Shown: positions 1 to 14,642 of the stretch, in pieces
How positions within the stretch are numbered: the first letter of the stretch is position 1
Layout: each line of letters begins with the position of its first letter
Source: Octopus sinensis
Taxonomy: Eukaryota
Direction of reading: 5' to 3'
Assembly: GCF_006345805.1 (NCBI RefSeq)
Contig: NC_042998.1
Location: 154,070,001 to 154,134,000 of the forward strand
DNA: 64,000 bases
Made by a program: the position numbers and the translations under genes
Notes under the pieces: generated by a model
The model's input: only the letters and a program-made list of their open reading frames with translations
Told to the model about the DNA's origin: nothing
The model's database searches: none

Positions 1-359
1 TAAAATTTAAACTCCAATTAAGCAAAATTTACAGAAAACTCACATTCTGGTGTGTATGTCAAATGCTTTTCTTAGTCTGGTTTACAGCACACGCACACAC
101 ACAGTGTGCAACGAATAAAGTGAAAGTAATTCACTGTGTGTATGTTGACAGGTAGACAATAGAATGCGATAGCGATGTAATATTTGTTTCTGTCTATGAC
201 GCTCATAAAAGCATTGATGTACATATGTGCGTGCGTGAGTGTGGGTGTGTCATTCCTCACACACACGCATACACATACATATATGACAGTGACAAACAAA
301 CGTTTCAAAAAGCTACATACAAACACGTGTGTGTTTGTTATTAGTAAAAAAGTTTGTGT

Positions 360-1400
360 CCACTGCTTTTTATAGTGGCCCTCTCAGAAATGCCCTCAAA
401 TGCCCGGATAGCCACTCTCACAATCTATGCAGATGATACGAAAGTCTCACAGAAAATACAGAACCCCAGCGATGTTGCACACCTGCAGCAGGAGTTGGAC
501 TCAATCTACAGATGGGCTGAGGATAATAATATACAGTTTAATGCTGAAAAATTCCAGGCCCTGCAATACCAGCGTCCAAAACTGAATATTAAACTTACAG
601 GGTACACTGGTCCACAGGGAATTTCAGTCCCAGAGCCTAAGTTTGTGAGGGACCTGGGTATCAACATGGGTGATGATACCTCTTTCCAAGTGCACATTAC
701 CAGGATGGCGACAAAGTGCAGACAACTGGCTGGATGGATCCTAAGAATATTCAGAACCAGAGATAAGGAAACCATGATGGTCCTTTGGCGGACATTCATC
801 CTCAGCTGCCTGGATTACTGCTCACAGCTTTGGTCACCCACCAGTGTCAAATTTACAGCAGACCTTGAAGCAATCCAGAGAAGATTCACAAAGAAGATCA
901 TCTATTTGCTCAGCTACTGGGAAAGGTTGAAACAGCTAACACTCTACTCCCTGGAGAGAAGACGGGAGAGGTAGGCAGTAATATATATCTAGAAGATCCT
1001 GGAAGGAATTGTACCAAATGTTGGCATTGAAAGCTACACCAATGCTAGAATGGGACGACACTGCATAGTGCCAAAGATCCCAGCAATGCCATCATGCTTC
1101 AGGACCAGCTACTGCAACAGCCTGGGTTTCAAGGGCCCACAGCTTTTTAATATTCTCCCAAAGAGTCTGAGGAACTTGCACAAGGTAGATGTAGTGGTTT
1201 TTAAATCAAAGCTGGACCTCTTGCTGTCGAGAGTTTCAGATGGACATACCTCACGGCAAGAGGTGCAAATGAGGGGAGCTATATCAAACTCCATTCTTCA
1301 CCAAGTGCCACATATTAGAGGAGGCGCTTAGTAAAAACAGTGTAGTGGAAAACAGCGATGCATCAGCATGGCCGCAGCTCTGAGCTGAAACTAAAAAAAG
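360..1400 (+). mobile_element. CR1/Jockey-group LINE, 5'-truncated 3' fragment (RT C-terminal half plus 3' tail), family A
   Basis: ORF 354-974 contains PLLFIVALS, IYADDTKV, LDYCSQLWSP and YSLERRRER, then a stop; ORF 1050-1331 continues it. Near-identical to the 3' part of ORF2 at 18861-21791. Tail cagcatggccgcagctctgagctgaaactaaaaaaag at about 1365-1400. Confidence 0.92.
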
Positions 1401-1413
1401 AATATACATATAT

Positions 1414-1464
<51 letters not shown>

Positions 1465-2170
1465 TATCAATTATATATATATATCTATAAATTATATATA
1501 TATATTGATATATATATAAATAATAAATATATATATGTATATGTAAATATACTTATATATAAATATATATACATATAGAGTCAGTAGTGTACAACCAACT
1601 GCCTCATGGTACTTGGACTTCTGAGTTTAAACCCCCACCAAGGGCTGATTTTTTGCTCAGGTCCTTCTGCTGGGCTGATGAAAAATAAGTACCTGTTACG
1701 TACTGGGTGTTGGTGAGATAATCATCTCTGCCCTGCCCTTTATTTCCTCTCTTTCATACACCTAACCCCTCCCACAGTAATTTGGGACCTTATGATTAGA
1801 TTACTAATCCTTGTTAATTAATTAGAGCAGTAGATTGCGAGGAGGTGCAGAGTGGTAGACGGAAATGCCTTGTGGTATTTTAATCCTATCTCTTTACCTT
1901 CTGATCTCAAGCATCGTTCTGAGGAATCATGATGGGTATCATCTGTCAACAACAGCAACTCTCATAAGCTGTCGGGCTTGATACAAATCATTAAATCAAC
2001 TGCTTCCCACTGCCTACCCTTCCCCCGAGAAGAACTTGTGGCCCATTTCCATTAAAATATATGTATATATATATATATAAATAATATATATATTTATATA
2101 TATAACTATATATATATACATATATGTATGTATATATAAATATATATATGTGTGTGTATATATATATATA

Positions 2171-2411
2171 TCATCATCATCATCATCATCGTTTAACGTC
2201 CGTTTTCCGCGCTAGCACGGGTTGGACGGTTTCGACCGGGGTCTGGGGAGCTCGGGACTGCCCCAGGCTCCAGTCTAGTCTGGCAGTGTTTCTACAGCTG
2301 GATGCCCTTCCTAACGCCAACCACTCCGCGAGTGTAGTGGGTGTTTTTTACGTGCCACCTGCACAGGTGCCAGAGGGGTCTGGCATCGGCCACGTTCGGA
2401 TGGTGCTTTTT
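2171..2411 (-). mobile_element. RTE LINE 3' tail fragment
   Basis: Reverse complement of the tail at 7700-7895 (ttggcgttaggaagggcatccagc...gctagcgcggaaaacggacgttaaac) ending in a (GAT)n tract. Confidence 0.85.
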
Positions 2412-2412
2412 A

Positions 2413-3025
2413 TGGGGGGGTGCAGAAATATAGGGGAGCACCAGTGGGAGGGGTGGTTCAGAGGACAGGTACTAGGCAAGTAGAACGTAGGAGATATCGA
2501 GAGAGGGGTAATGCATGGTGAAATAGCGTATTGAAGAGGGGGGTTCGTGGTGGGGGGTGCAGAAATATAGGGGAGCACCAGTGGGAGGGGTGGTTCAGAG
2601 GACAGGTTCTAGGCAAGTAGAACGTAGGATATCGAGAGAGGGGTAATGCATGGTGCAATAGCGTATTGAAGAGGGGGGTTCAAAGAGTAGACACCTATAA
2701 TGGTGGTGGGGGGGTGCATAATATAGGGATAGTGGGAGGGGTGAGCACCAGTGGGAGGGGTGGTTCAGAGGACAGGTTCTAGGCAAGTAGAACGTAGGAT
2801 ATCGAGAGAGGGGTAATGCATGGTGAAATAGCGTATTGAAGAGGGGGGTTCAAAGAGTAGACAACCTATAATGGTGGTGGGGGGGTGCAGAAATATAGGG
2901 GAGCACCGTGGGAGGGGGGTTCAGAGACAGGTTCTAGGCAAGTAGAACGTAGGATATCGAGAGAGGGGTAATGCATGGTGAAATAGCGTATTGAAGAGGG
3001 GGGTTCAAAGAGTAGACACCTATAA
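2413..3025. repeat. G-rich tandem array, about 4 copies of a 140-170 bp unit
   Basis: Unit gggggggtgcagaaatataggggagcaccagtgggaggggtggttcagaggacagg...gcgtattgaagagggggg starts at about 2415, 2551, 2708 and 2879. Confidence 0.9.
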
Positions 3026-3110
3026 TGGTGTGGGAGAAACGACATCCGGTATAGTTGGAGCAAATAGAGATATCCGGTATTGGTGGTGGGGGTGGGCAGG
3101 GCGGGCGCGC

Positions 3111-4448
3111 CGCGAAGAATCGGCAGCCAATTCTATCAGCCCTGTAAGGGAGATAGATCTTAAATATCTATAACGATAACTAGTGAATTATACAGAATAT
3201 GCAAAAACAGGCGAGGCTGAAATAGTAAACAGAGTAGGCTGCTAGGGGGTCAGAATAATAATAATTAATAAATAATAATAATAAATAGAGATACGGATGA
3301 ATTAAAGTTCAAAGATTTCTTATCTTGGGATCACTTCGTTACGGACAGATTTGGCAAAAGGAATTCGGAATCAAGAATGAAGCAGTTTACTAGCTTAAGT
3401 ATGCATAGCCATGGCGAGGGGTAGGAAGAGAGGATCCAGCAGACGACAATGTAAAAAGAGGGGGAGAGAAGGGAAGAGAAAAACCCCGCAAAGAATCGGC
3501 AGCCAATTTCTAATCAGCCCTGTAAGGGAGATAGATCTTAAATATCTATAACGATAACTAGTGAATTATACAGAATATGCAAAAACGAGAGCGAGGCTGA
3601 AATAGTAAACAGAGTGGCGACTAGGGGGATCGGAATAATAATAATTAATAAATAATAATAATAATAGAGATACGGAATGAATTAAAGTTCAAAGATTTCT
3701 TATCTTGGGATCACTTCGTTTACGGACAGATTGGCAAAAGGAATTCGGAATCAAGATGAAGCAGGTTACTAGCTTAAGTTTGCATAGCCATGGCGAGGGG
3801 TAGGAAGAGAGGAGTCCAGACAGACGACAATGTAAAAAGAGGGGGGAGAAAGGGAAGAGAAAAACCCCGCGAGATCGGCAGCCAATTTCTAATCAGCCTT
3901 GTAAGGGAGATAGATCTTAAATATCTATAACGATAACTAGTGAATTATACAGAATATGCAAAAACGAGGCGAGGCTGAAATAGTAAAACAGAGTGGCGAC
4001 TAGGGGGATCAGAATAATAATAATTAATAAATAATAATAATAAATAGAGATACGGATGAATTAAGGTCAAAGATTTCTTATCTTGGGATCACTTCGTTTA
4101 CGGACAGACTTGGCAAAAGGAATTCGGAAATCAAGAGTGAGGCAGGTTACTAGCTTAAGTATGCATAGCCATGTCGAGGAGTAGGAGAGAAGGAGTCCAG
4201 ACAGACAATGTAAAAAGAGGGGAGAGAAACCCCGCGAAGAATCGGCAGCCAATTTCTAATCAGCCCTGTAAGGAGATAGATCTTAAATATCTATAACGAT
4301 AACTAGTGAATATACAGAATATGCAAAAAACGAGCGAGGCTGAAATAGTAAACAGAGTGGCGACTAGGGGGATCAGAATAATAATAATTAATAAATAATA
4401 ATAATAAATAGAGATACGGATGAATTAAAGTTCAAAGATTTCTTATCG
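3111..4448. repeat. Tandem array, about 3.6 copies of a ~375 bp unit
   Basis: Unit cgcgaagaatcggcagccaat...agaaaaaccc starts at 3111, 3487, 3868 and 4233 (periods 376, 381, 365); the last copy is cut at 4448. Confidence 0.93.
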
Positions 4449-7400
4449 GGGTTGGTGGCGTGGGTATACTTATCGCTGAGAAATGGGTAGATAAAGTAAT
4501 TGAGGTAATCAGAGTAAGTGACAGAATACTTAAGATTAGATTAGTGCTTCATCATAGTTTAGCAAACATTATATCAGCCTATGCTCCTCAGTCGGGGCTA
4601 CCCGATGGACAGAAAGACCGATTCTATGACACTCTACTGCAGACTACCTCATTGACGAACGACAGAGACCTTATCTTTGTGGCTGGTGACTTCAATGGTC
4701 ACGTTGGACGACATGCTGGGGCTTCCATGGCGTACATGGAGGCTATGGCTATGGTGCCCGCAACGAGGAGGGAACCAGGCTGCTGGAGTTCTGCGATGCA
4801 AATAATCTTATGATTTGCAACACTAACTTCAGGAAACCTACCAGCCACCTAGTCACTTACCAATCGGGCCAACATACCAGCCAAATTGACTACATCCTTA
4901 CAAGGCAAAGGGAGAGATGGCTGCTTATAAATGCCAAAACCTTCCCAGGTGAAGAATGTACCCCACAACATAGACTGGTAGTTAGTGACTTTAGGATCAG
5001 GACTAGGAGGACAACCAGAAGACGACAAATATGGAGAAGAAGGATCTGGAAGCTTAAAGATCCTGCAAATGGACAGAGAAGGGACATATTACTTGAAGCC
5101 TCTGACGAAGTAGAAGGGGATAGAGCATCACAGGGGGGTAGAAGACAGCTGGACGTTTCTAAAGGGACAACCTGCTGAGAGCCACTGACCAGATCTGTGG
5201 CTGGTGCAAAGTCCCCCTCTCGTCCAATGTAACGTGGTGGTGGAACAATATTGTAGACAGGGCTATTAGAGAAAAGAGACAGGCTTGGAAGGTCTGGAAA
5301 AATGGGGGTAGCAGGGAATTGTATCAGACTGCCAAAAGAGAAGCTAGAAGACAGGTTTATTTAGCCAGAGGGGAAGCAGATAAGAAAAAAATTTGCCAAT
5401 GTTCTGCGCCGTGAGGACCAAAGACTGGAGGTGTTTCGCGTTGCAAGACAGTGTGTGAGAGAGAATCGAGATGTGGTAGGAGAGAAGTGTGTTCGCATGG
5501 AAGATGTTTCACTTGCGCTAAATGAGGATGCGAAGAGAGAGGTTTGGAGATATCACTATGAAAGGTTGCTGAATGAAGAAAATGAATGGGATAAAGAGAG
5601 TCTGCCGAATGTTGACCCAACAGAGGGACCAGCTATCCGAGTTGATAGTTCTGTGGTAGCTAAGGCAATTAGAAGCATGAAGACAGGGAAAGCCCCAGGC
5701 CCATCAGGAATCACTGCAGAGATGCTCAAAATATCTGGTAGTGTCGGCTATAGCCTAGTCATCCATATAGTTAATCAGGTGATACACAAAGGGGTCATAC
5801 CCAATGACTGGTGTAGCAGTATAATAGTCAACTGCTACAAAGGTAAAGGTGATGCCCTAGATACAAATAACTACAGAGGTATCAAGCTGTTGGACCAGGT
5901 GATGAAGGTTACGGAGAGGGTCATAGCCCAACTAATTAGAGAGAGAGTTAGTTTAGATGAGATGCAGTTTGGGTTTGTGCCAGGGAAAAGTACTACTGAT
6001 GCTATATTCCTGGTAAGGCAGCTGCAGGAGAAATACCTAGCCAAAGATAAGCCCCTGTACCTGGCTTTTGTTGACGTGGAGAAAGCCTTCGACAGGGTCC
6101 CCCGATCCCTTATCTGGTGGGCAATGAGAAAACTAGGGATAGATGAATGGTTAGTGAGTTGTGTGCGGGCCATGTATAGGGACCGCTAGTAGGGTGAGGG
6201 TTGGAAATGAGTACAGTGAAGAATTCCGGGTAGAGGTAGGGGTCCACCAAGGCTCAGTACTCAGCCCCCTCCTATTTATCATAGTCCTCCAGGCAATAAC
6301 GGAGGAATTCAAGACAGGATCCCTTGGGAGCTCCTCTATGCTGATGACCTTGCTCTAATTGCTGAGTCGCTATCAGAACTGGAGGAAAGTTTCAGGTGTG
6401 GAAACAAGGATTAGAATCGAAGGGCCTCAGAGTCAATCTAGCTAAAACCAAAGTCGTAATCAGTAGGAAGGTAGACAAATCACAAACACCTTCAGGTAGA
6501 TGGCCCTGCTCGATCTGTAGAAAAGTGTAGGTAGAAACTCTATAAGATGCACCAAGTGTAAGCTATGGACACATAAGAGATGCAGCAATGTCAAAGGAAG
6601 GCTAACTAGGAAGATGGTTTTTGTATGTGGCAGATGCTCAGGAACAATAAACACTGAAAATGCTCTGAGACCAACTTCCGTCACTTTCCAGGGAGAAAAA
6701 CTAGAAATAGTTGATAGTTTCCGTTACCTAGGTGACCAAGTCGGCAGCGGGGGCGGGTGTGCTGAAGTGTAACTGCTAGAGTAAGAATAGCTTGGGCAAA
6801 GTTCAGAGAGCTCTTACCTCTGCTGGTGACAAAAGGCCTCTCGCACAGAGTGAAAGGCAGACTGTATGATGCGTGTGTACGAACAGCCATGCTACATGGC
6901 AGTGAAAACATGGGCCGTGACTGCTGAGGATATGCGTAAGCTCGCTAGAAATGAAGCCAGTATGCTCCGATGGATGTGTAATGCCGGTACTCACACTCGG
7001 CAGAGTGTAAGTACCTTGAGAGAAAAGCTGGACCTAAGAAGCATCAGTTGTGGTGTGCAAGAGAGACGTTTGCGCTGGTATGGTCATGTGGCGAGAATGG
7101 ATGAAGATAGTTGTGTGAAAAAGTGCCACACCCTAGCGGTTGAGGGAACCTGTGGAAGAGGCAGACCCAGGAAAACCTGGGACGAGGTGGTGAAGCACGA
7201 CCTTCGAACTTTAGGTCTCACTGAGGAAATGACTAGAGACCGAGACCTCTGGAAGTGTGCTGTGCGCGAGAAGACCCGGCAGGACAAGTGAGTCCACAAC
7301 CCGTGGCCTTCTACATGGGATGGAGCCAGCCTACGTATGCATACCTTCCCTTCTTGGGACACAAAACTCTGCTTGTGAAGACGTGTTGAGGCAAGTGAGG

Positions 7401-7895
7401 ATCAGAATCGAAATCGATCAATGGAAATTGCGGATGTGCTACCAGTGCCGGTGGCATGTCGAAACTCTGCTTGTGAAGACCCATTGAGGCAAGTGAGGAT
7501 CAGAATCGAAATCGATCAATGGAAATCGATCAATGGAAATTGCAGATGTGTTACCAGTGCCGGTGGCATGTAAGAGAACTTTCCGTTTCGCGACCGTTGC
7601 CAGCCACCGCCCCGTTTCGTGTCCGTTGCCAGCCTCGCCTGGCCCTCGTGCCGGTGCACATAAAAAGCACCATCCGTTCGTGGCCGTTTGCCAGCTCTGT
7701 CTGGCACCAGTGCGGGGGCACGTAAAAAGCACCCACTACACTCACGGAGTGGTTGGCGTTAGGAAGGGCATCCAGCCGTAGAAACACTGCCAGATTTGAC
7801 TGGGCCTGATGAAGCCTTCTGGCTTCACAGACCCCAGTAGAACCGTCCAACCCATGCTAGCATGGAAAACGGACGCTAAATGATGATGATGATGA
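4449..7895 (+). mobile_element. RTE-clade LINE, 5'-truncated, APE plus RT with multiple frameshifts, complete 3' UTR
   Basis: APE motifs ISAYAPQ, GDFNGHVG, QIDYIL and QHRLVVSDF. RT motifs NYRGIKLL, QFGFVPGKSTTDAIF, EKAFDRVPR, QGSVLSPLLF and LLYADD (about 6330-6350). C-terminal RRLRWYGHVARM and GRGRPRKTW. The 3' UTR has ~45 bp repeats and a (GAT)n tail at about 7880. Confidence 0.93.
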
Positions 7896-8015
7896 TGATG
7901 AGATACATAACATATATATATACATACATATATATATACATATATATACATATATATATATTATATACATATATATTATATATATATATATAATTATATA
8001 TAATATATTATATAC

Positions 8016-8097
<82 letters not shown>

Positions 8098-8098
<1 letters not shown>

Positions 8099-8608
8099 TA
8101 GCAGTATCGCCCGGCGTTGCTCGGGTTGTAAGGGAAAGAACTATATAAGCATTTTTAGAGAGTTACTTCACTTATAGATGCCAATTCGGGCTTTCTTAGC
8201 CATTTCTGTTTTGGTGTCTTCAAGCCATGAAGTCGTTGTTCTAAAAGAACGCTGGTCTCCTTGACAACGCTTTATGACGTTGATTTCCTTACACTCCCTT
8301 CCCCACAGCTTCACGAGGGAGGGAAGAAGGGGCAGAAGCAAGCAGGTGCAGGTGAGACCATGGACACCAACTCCGCCGCCATCGACACATGGAAAATTAT
8401 GCATTAAAATGGAATAAAAAATGATGTTAAATTATTTTTAAAATCGTAGACTCATCGTAGACGCAGGCTAATAGTCAGACGGGCTCGATATGAATCACGA
8501 CTATGAGATACCCGAATTTCGTTAAACTGCACCGCAAAATGTGGGAGTAGTTAGGAATCTAAATCAATGGGGACAGACACTCACACAACTACAGTTTTAT
8601 ATATATAG

Positions 8609-8609
<1 letters not shown>
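8098..8609 (-). mobile_element. Non-autonomous Helitron
   Basis: On the minus strand it begins A|TCtatatatataaaa and ends with hairpin cccgagcaacgccggg, about 8 nt, then CTAG|T. These are the canonical Helitron ends, in an AT target with no TSD. Confidence 0.8.
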
Positions 8610-8658
<49 letters not shown>

Positions 8659-8753
8659 GTATATACATATATATGTATGATCTTCAGAAGCGATAAGAAG
8701 CCGAAAGGGTATGCTCCCACTTTCAGTGTTTTCAAATCCAAACCAAGGAGTTC

Positions 8754-8805
8754 TGAGCTGATGATAGAAATGTCGAGTTGACTAATCTTGAAACGTACGT
8801 TCTCA
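8754..8805 (+). ncRNA. Type I hammerhead ribozyme motif (PLE-type, palindromic stem III)
   Basis: tgag-CTGATGA(8758-8764)-25 nt stem II with inner gtc/gac hairpin-GAAA(8790-8793)-cgtacg-TT-ctca. Stem III is the palindrome acgtacgt; the stem II closing pair is mismatched (T/T). Confidence 0.65.
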
Positions 8806-8979
8806 AATAACCTTTGCATTTGATTTTTTAATGTCTTTACCCCCATACTTTCGTGAGTTGAATTGAGCAAACACTATATGAGAGAGGTTTTCTTTAAGTA
8901 TTAGAAATAGTTTTAAAAAAGTTTTTTAGCTACTATTTCTAATGAGTGTTCAGTATGCGGCAAAGTAATTTATTTTACT

Positions 8980-11160
<2,181 letters not shown>

Positions 11161-11164
11161 TATA

Positions 11165-11585
11165 TACATCCGTTCGTGGCCGTTTGCCAGCTCTGTCTGG
11201 CAACCGTGTCGGTGGCACGTAAAAGCACCATCCGTTCGCATCTGTTGCCAGCCTCGGCTGGCCCCCGTGCCGGTGACACGTAAAAGCACCGTCCGTTCGT
11301 GGCCGGTTGCCAGCTCTGTCTGGCCCCGTGTCGGTGACACGTAAAAGCACCATCCGTTCGTGGCCGTTCGCCAGCTCTGTCTGGCACCTGTGCAGGTGGC
11401 ACGTAAAAAACACCCACTACACTCGCGGAGTGGTTGGCGTTAGGAAGGGCATCCAGCCGTAGAAACACTGCCAGATCTGACTGGGCCTGACGAAGCCTTC
11501 CAGCTTCACAGATCCCAGTTGACCCGTCCAACCTATGCTAGCATGGAAAGCGGACGCTAAACGATGATGATGATGATGATCATGA
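11165..11585 (+). mobile_element. RTE LINE 3' tail fragment with about 5 copies of the 45 bp UTR repeat
   Basis: Repeats of aaaagcaccatccgttcgtggccg..., then ttggcgttaggaagggcatccagccgtagaaac and (GAT)n, as at 7600-7895. Confidence 0.88.
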
Positions 11586-11704
11586 TACATATATATATAT
11601 ATACATATGTATATATATATATATATATATGTATATACATATGTATATACATATATATATATACATATGTATATACTTTATTTTAAGCAGCAGAAAATTC
11701 AACA

Positions 11705-11750
11705 AAATCTGTTACTCTGAGTTTCTCGTTGCCATTCATCAGACAGTTTT
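11705..11750 (-). ncRNA. Type I hammerhead ribozyme motif
   Basis: Minus strand aaaaactgt-CTGATGA-atggcaacga-GAAA-ctcagag-TA-acagatttt. Stem I 8 of 9 bp, stem III ctc/gag, GUA cleavage triplet; stem II imperfect. Confidence 0.72.
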
Positions 11751-12216
11751 TGCTAGAATGGAACCGATATATCAATTCAATGTAGACTCTTACAAATGCT
11801 ACACCTTTAAAAAGAAATGGACTTGTTTGATTGGCCCTTTGGTCAATCTTCGAGCGATAAACAAAAAGGACAAAAATATACATATATATAAAAAATATAC
11901 GTATATATAAAAAACTTATAAAAATTATAAAATCCGAGGAAAAAACCTTACATTGAATAAAATACATATTGACGTTAATGAAGAAAGTGCAAATTAATGC
12001 ATAGAAATTAAACCTGTTATAAATATTACACTGCAATACATATTTATATTAAAATGTACATATATATATCAACATACACAAAAGGATGCGCGCTAACGCC
12101 ATACATATACAGACGTATGAATATAAATCTAATATACACATAAATGCATGCGTACATATATTCACGCAAACCATCTCGCACGCAAGCTAAAATTCATCTA
12201 TGTAGCGATTCTCATA

Positions 12217-14510
12217 TACTGAGTAAGGGGGGGAACGAAAGAAAGGGAGAGAGAGAAAAAGGAACGAAGGAGGGGTGGGGAAAAAACGAAATAAGAAAAA
12301 ATTATGTATACAAGCTGTGTAACGGCATTATTGGCATATATGGAGACATGTATACAACCACAAGTTCGAATGGATACATATACATACAGTCGTGTATGTG
12401 TGTGCTTAAGCACAAACATACTCTCACTTACACATGCACAGATACGCATGCTTACAAATACATATCCTTATTCTAATTTTGACAACATTGCTTTTTTTTA
12501 AAAAAAACATTGCTTTTTTTAAAAAAAAAAAAATGGGTGCATTAATAAAAATTAAAATTAAAATAAATACGAAAGACATATGAAATAAAATATAACATCC
12601 TATTTTGGATTATTTATAAATAATCAAGGTAATATAAATAATCAAGATAATCCTATACAATACAAAAACACGAAAACAAAGTCGGAGGTTTTTCCTAATG
12701 TATATGTAGAAACATAAGACTTTGCTATACGGATTAAGATCCGCATAGCTTGGAAACAAAATCCATCGTAGCGCTCATCGTTCAAGAGTCAAAATCAAAA
12801 TCAAAAATACAAAATATATACTCTATCCTTATGGTATATTTATATTCGACATTTTAAATTTAGCCGCGTGGCTACATAAGTTCATTAGCTCACTTCTTTG
12901 ATTCAAAGAATTATTGTCTTTGAATAAGATGTACATTTTCTCTAATAGGCAAAATTTGCACTTGAAATTATTTTTGTATGCTCCATGCCTGTATGGTGCC
13001 GCCCTGTCCAGAATGCTCCATGTCACGTTGAAAGGTGGGGTTTCCTTTTCTTTTAGTTCCCAGACATATTTTGCTAGGCTGGTCCTCTTCCTATTCTCTG
13101 GGTATTTAAATGAATTTTTATGAGAATAAAATCTTGTTTTAAATGAATTTTCTGAAGCCCCTGTGTATGTCTTGTATTCCGATGAGCCTTCCACTTGCAC
13201 CTTGGCTCTATAAACTACTCCTTTCACTAGACATTTCCCTTCTAGCGGACAGGAGCTTTCGTTTTTGCAATTGCATTTCTTAATGGGCTCGGCACCATGT
13301 CTAATCTCAATTATGTTGGCTAATGTAAGAGGCGAAATTTCTGCATCAAGAATAGCTAACCTTCAGGGTTCTTCTATTAAATATCCTATAGAATTTATGA
13401 CCCTGCTTAAAATACTTAGAGACTAATCTCAAAAATTCCTTACCTATATTAGTCTTTACGGCCAAATTGAAAGCCGGGTTGAACCACAAAACTTTCCTGG
13501 TCCTAGTTCTTTGTGCAGCATTATTATCAGCATTAAGCTGGTTGTACTGGATCTTCTCAGAGAATCCACTATTCTTTAATGCGCTATCGTAATAAGGTGC
13601 AGCATTATGGAATGCTGCCTCGTCCGAAGAAATTGGAAGATAGTCTTCTACCTACATAGCTGACTAATTCCTAAGGATAACTGGTGGATGGTTCGAATCT
13701 TTGCTAATATATGATAGCTTTTCATTGGGCTTACGGAAAGGTTTAAATCTATCCGACCTTACATTAAAATTTACGTCTAAAAAATCTATACTATTCAGGT
13801 TAGCATCTATCGTAACCCATAAGCCCATCCTTTGAAAGAAACTATAAGGTCCTTCCTAAGTCTATCTGATTCATGGCCGTTTAGATTATGCGTGGCTATA
13901 AGGCCGTCATCCCTATATAAACCTGCATCTATAAATGGGAATTCTATTTTTAGATTATGGAGAATAAAGGCTCCTATGAGCATACATACTCAGCCCCGTC
14001 GTATGCCCCCATCGGTACATCGAAAAGAGAATCCTCAGTCTTCTTAATCAGGTGGAATCTTGAAAAAAGAAGCGATTTCTCGCATGCATAATAATATCAA
14101 TTTCCGAGCTATCGATGTTGACATACTGCTTGGCGAAGTCCAATGCCCTTAGGAGCAACGTCCTAGATATTGACGGGTAAAAGTCAATAATGTCGAATTG
14201 TGTGAAACTACAATGTTGTGAAAAATTAGAATTTTTATATAAGTATGTGTATAGCCATGGATATGTATTTGTAAGCATGCGTATCTGTGTATGTGTAGGT
14301 GAACGTATGTTTGTGCTTAAGCACACATATACACGACTGTATGTATATGTATCCATTCGAACTTGTGTATCTGTATACTTGTCTTCATATATGTCAATAA
14401 TGCCGTTACACAGCTTGTATACATAATTTTTTCTTATTTCGTTTTTTCCCACCCCTCCTTGTTCCTTTTTCTCTCTCTTCCTTTCTTTCGCCCCCCCCCC
14501 TACTCAGTAT
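12217..14510 (-). mobile_element. Penelope-like element relic flanked by an inverted repeat of about 270-300 bp
   Basis: The PLE coding fragment lies between arms 12217-12490 and 14210-14510, which are reverse complements (tactgagtaaggggggg...catatcc...ttctaattttgacaacattg); the right arm has about 25 extra bases. Confidence 0.85.
12829..14230 (-). pseudogene. PLE reverse transcriptase plus GIY-YIG endonuclease, frameshifted
   Basis: FTQFDIIDFYPSI, FDVPMGAYDGAE, LYRDDGL, linker RKVLWFNPAFNLAVKTNIGKEFL, and the ORF 12829-13227 VVYRAKV...YTGASENSFKTRFYSH...CKFCLLEK...RSELMNLCSH. Confidence 0.9.
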
Positions 14511-14542
14511 TGAAGAAACGCTAGATAGATGTTTTTAACTTG

Positions 14543-14642
14543 NNNNNNNNNNNNNNNNNNNNNNNNNNNNNNNNNNNNNNNNNNNNNNNNNNNNNNNNNN
14601 NNNNNNNNNNNNNNNNNNNNNNNNNNNNNNNNNNNNNNNNNN
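14543..14642. other. Assembly gap (100 N)
   Basis: Run of N; continuity across it is not established. Confidence 1.

Noticed and set aside
3111-4448. 375-bp array as a retrozyme (hammerhead-bearing tandem repeat)
   Set aside because: The closest motif, ctgattagaaa on minus, does not fit CTGANGA and no stem II/III arrangement was found; kept only as an unexplained array.
11165-11410. Regularly spaced ~45 bp repeats resembling a CRISPR array
   Set aside because: Units are contiguous tandem copies without unique spacers, belong to the RTE 3' UTR, and there are no cas genes in this eukaryotic DNA.
12715-12800. Possible hammerhead at the 3' end of the first PLE (hairpin gctatgcggat/atccgtatagc on minus)
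   Set aside because: A strong hairpin is present, but neither CTGANGA nor GAAA is intact and stems I and III cannot be assigned.
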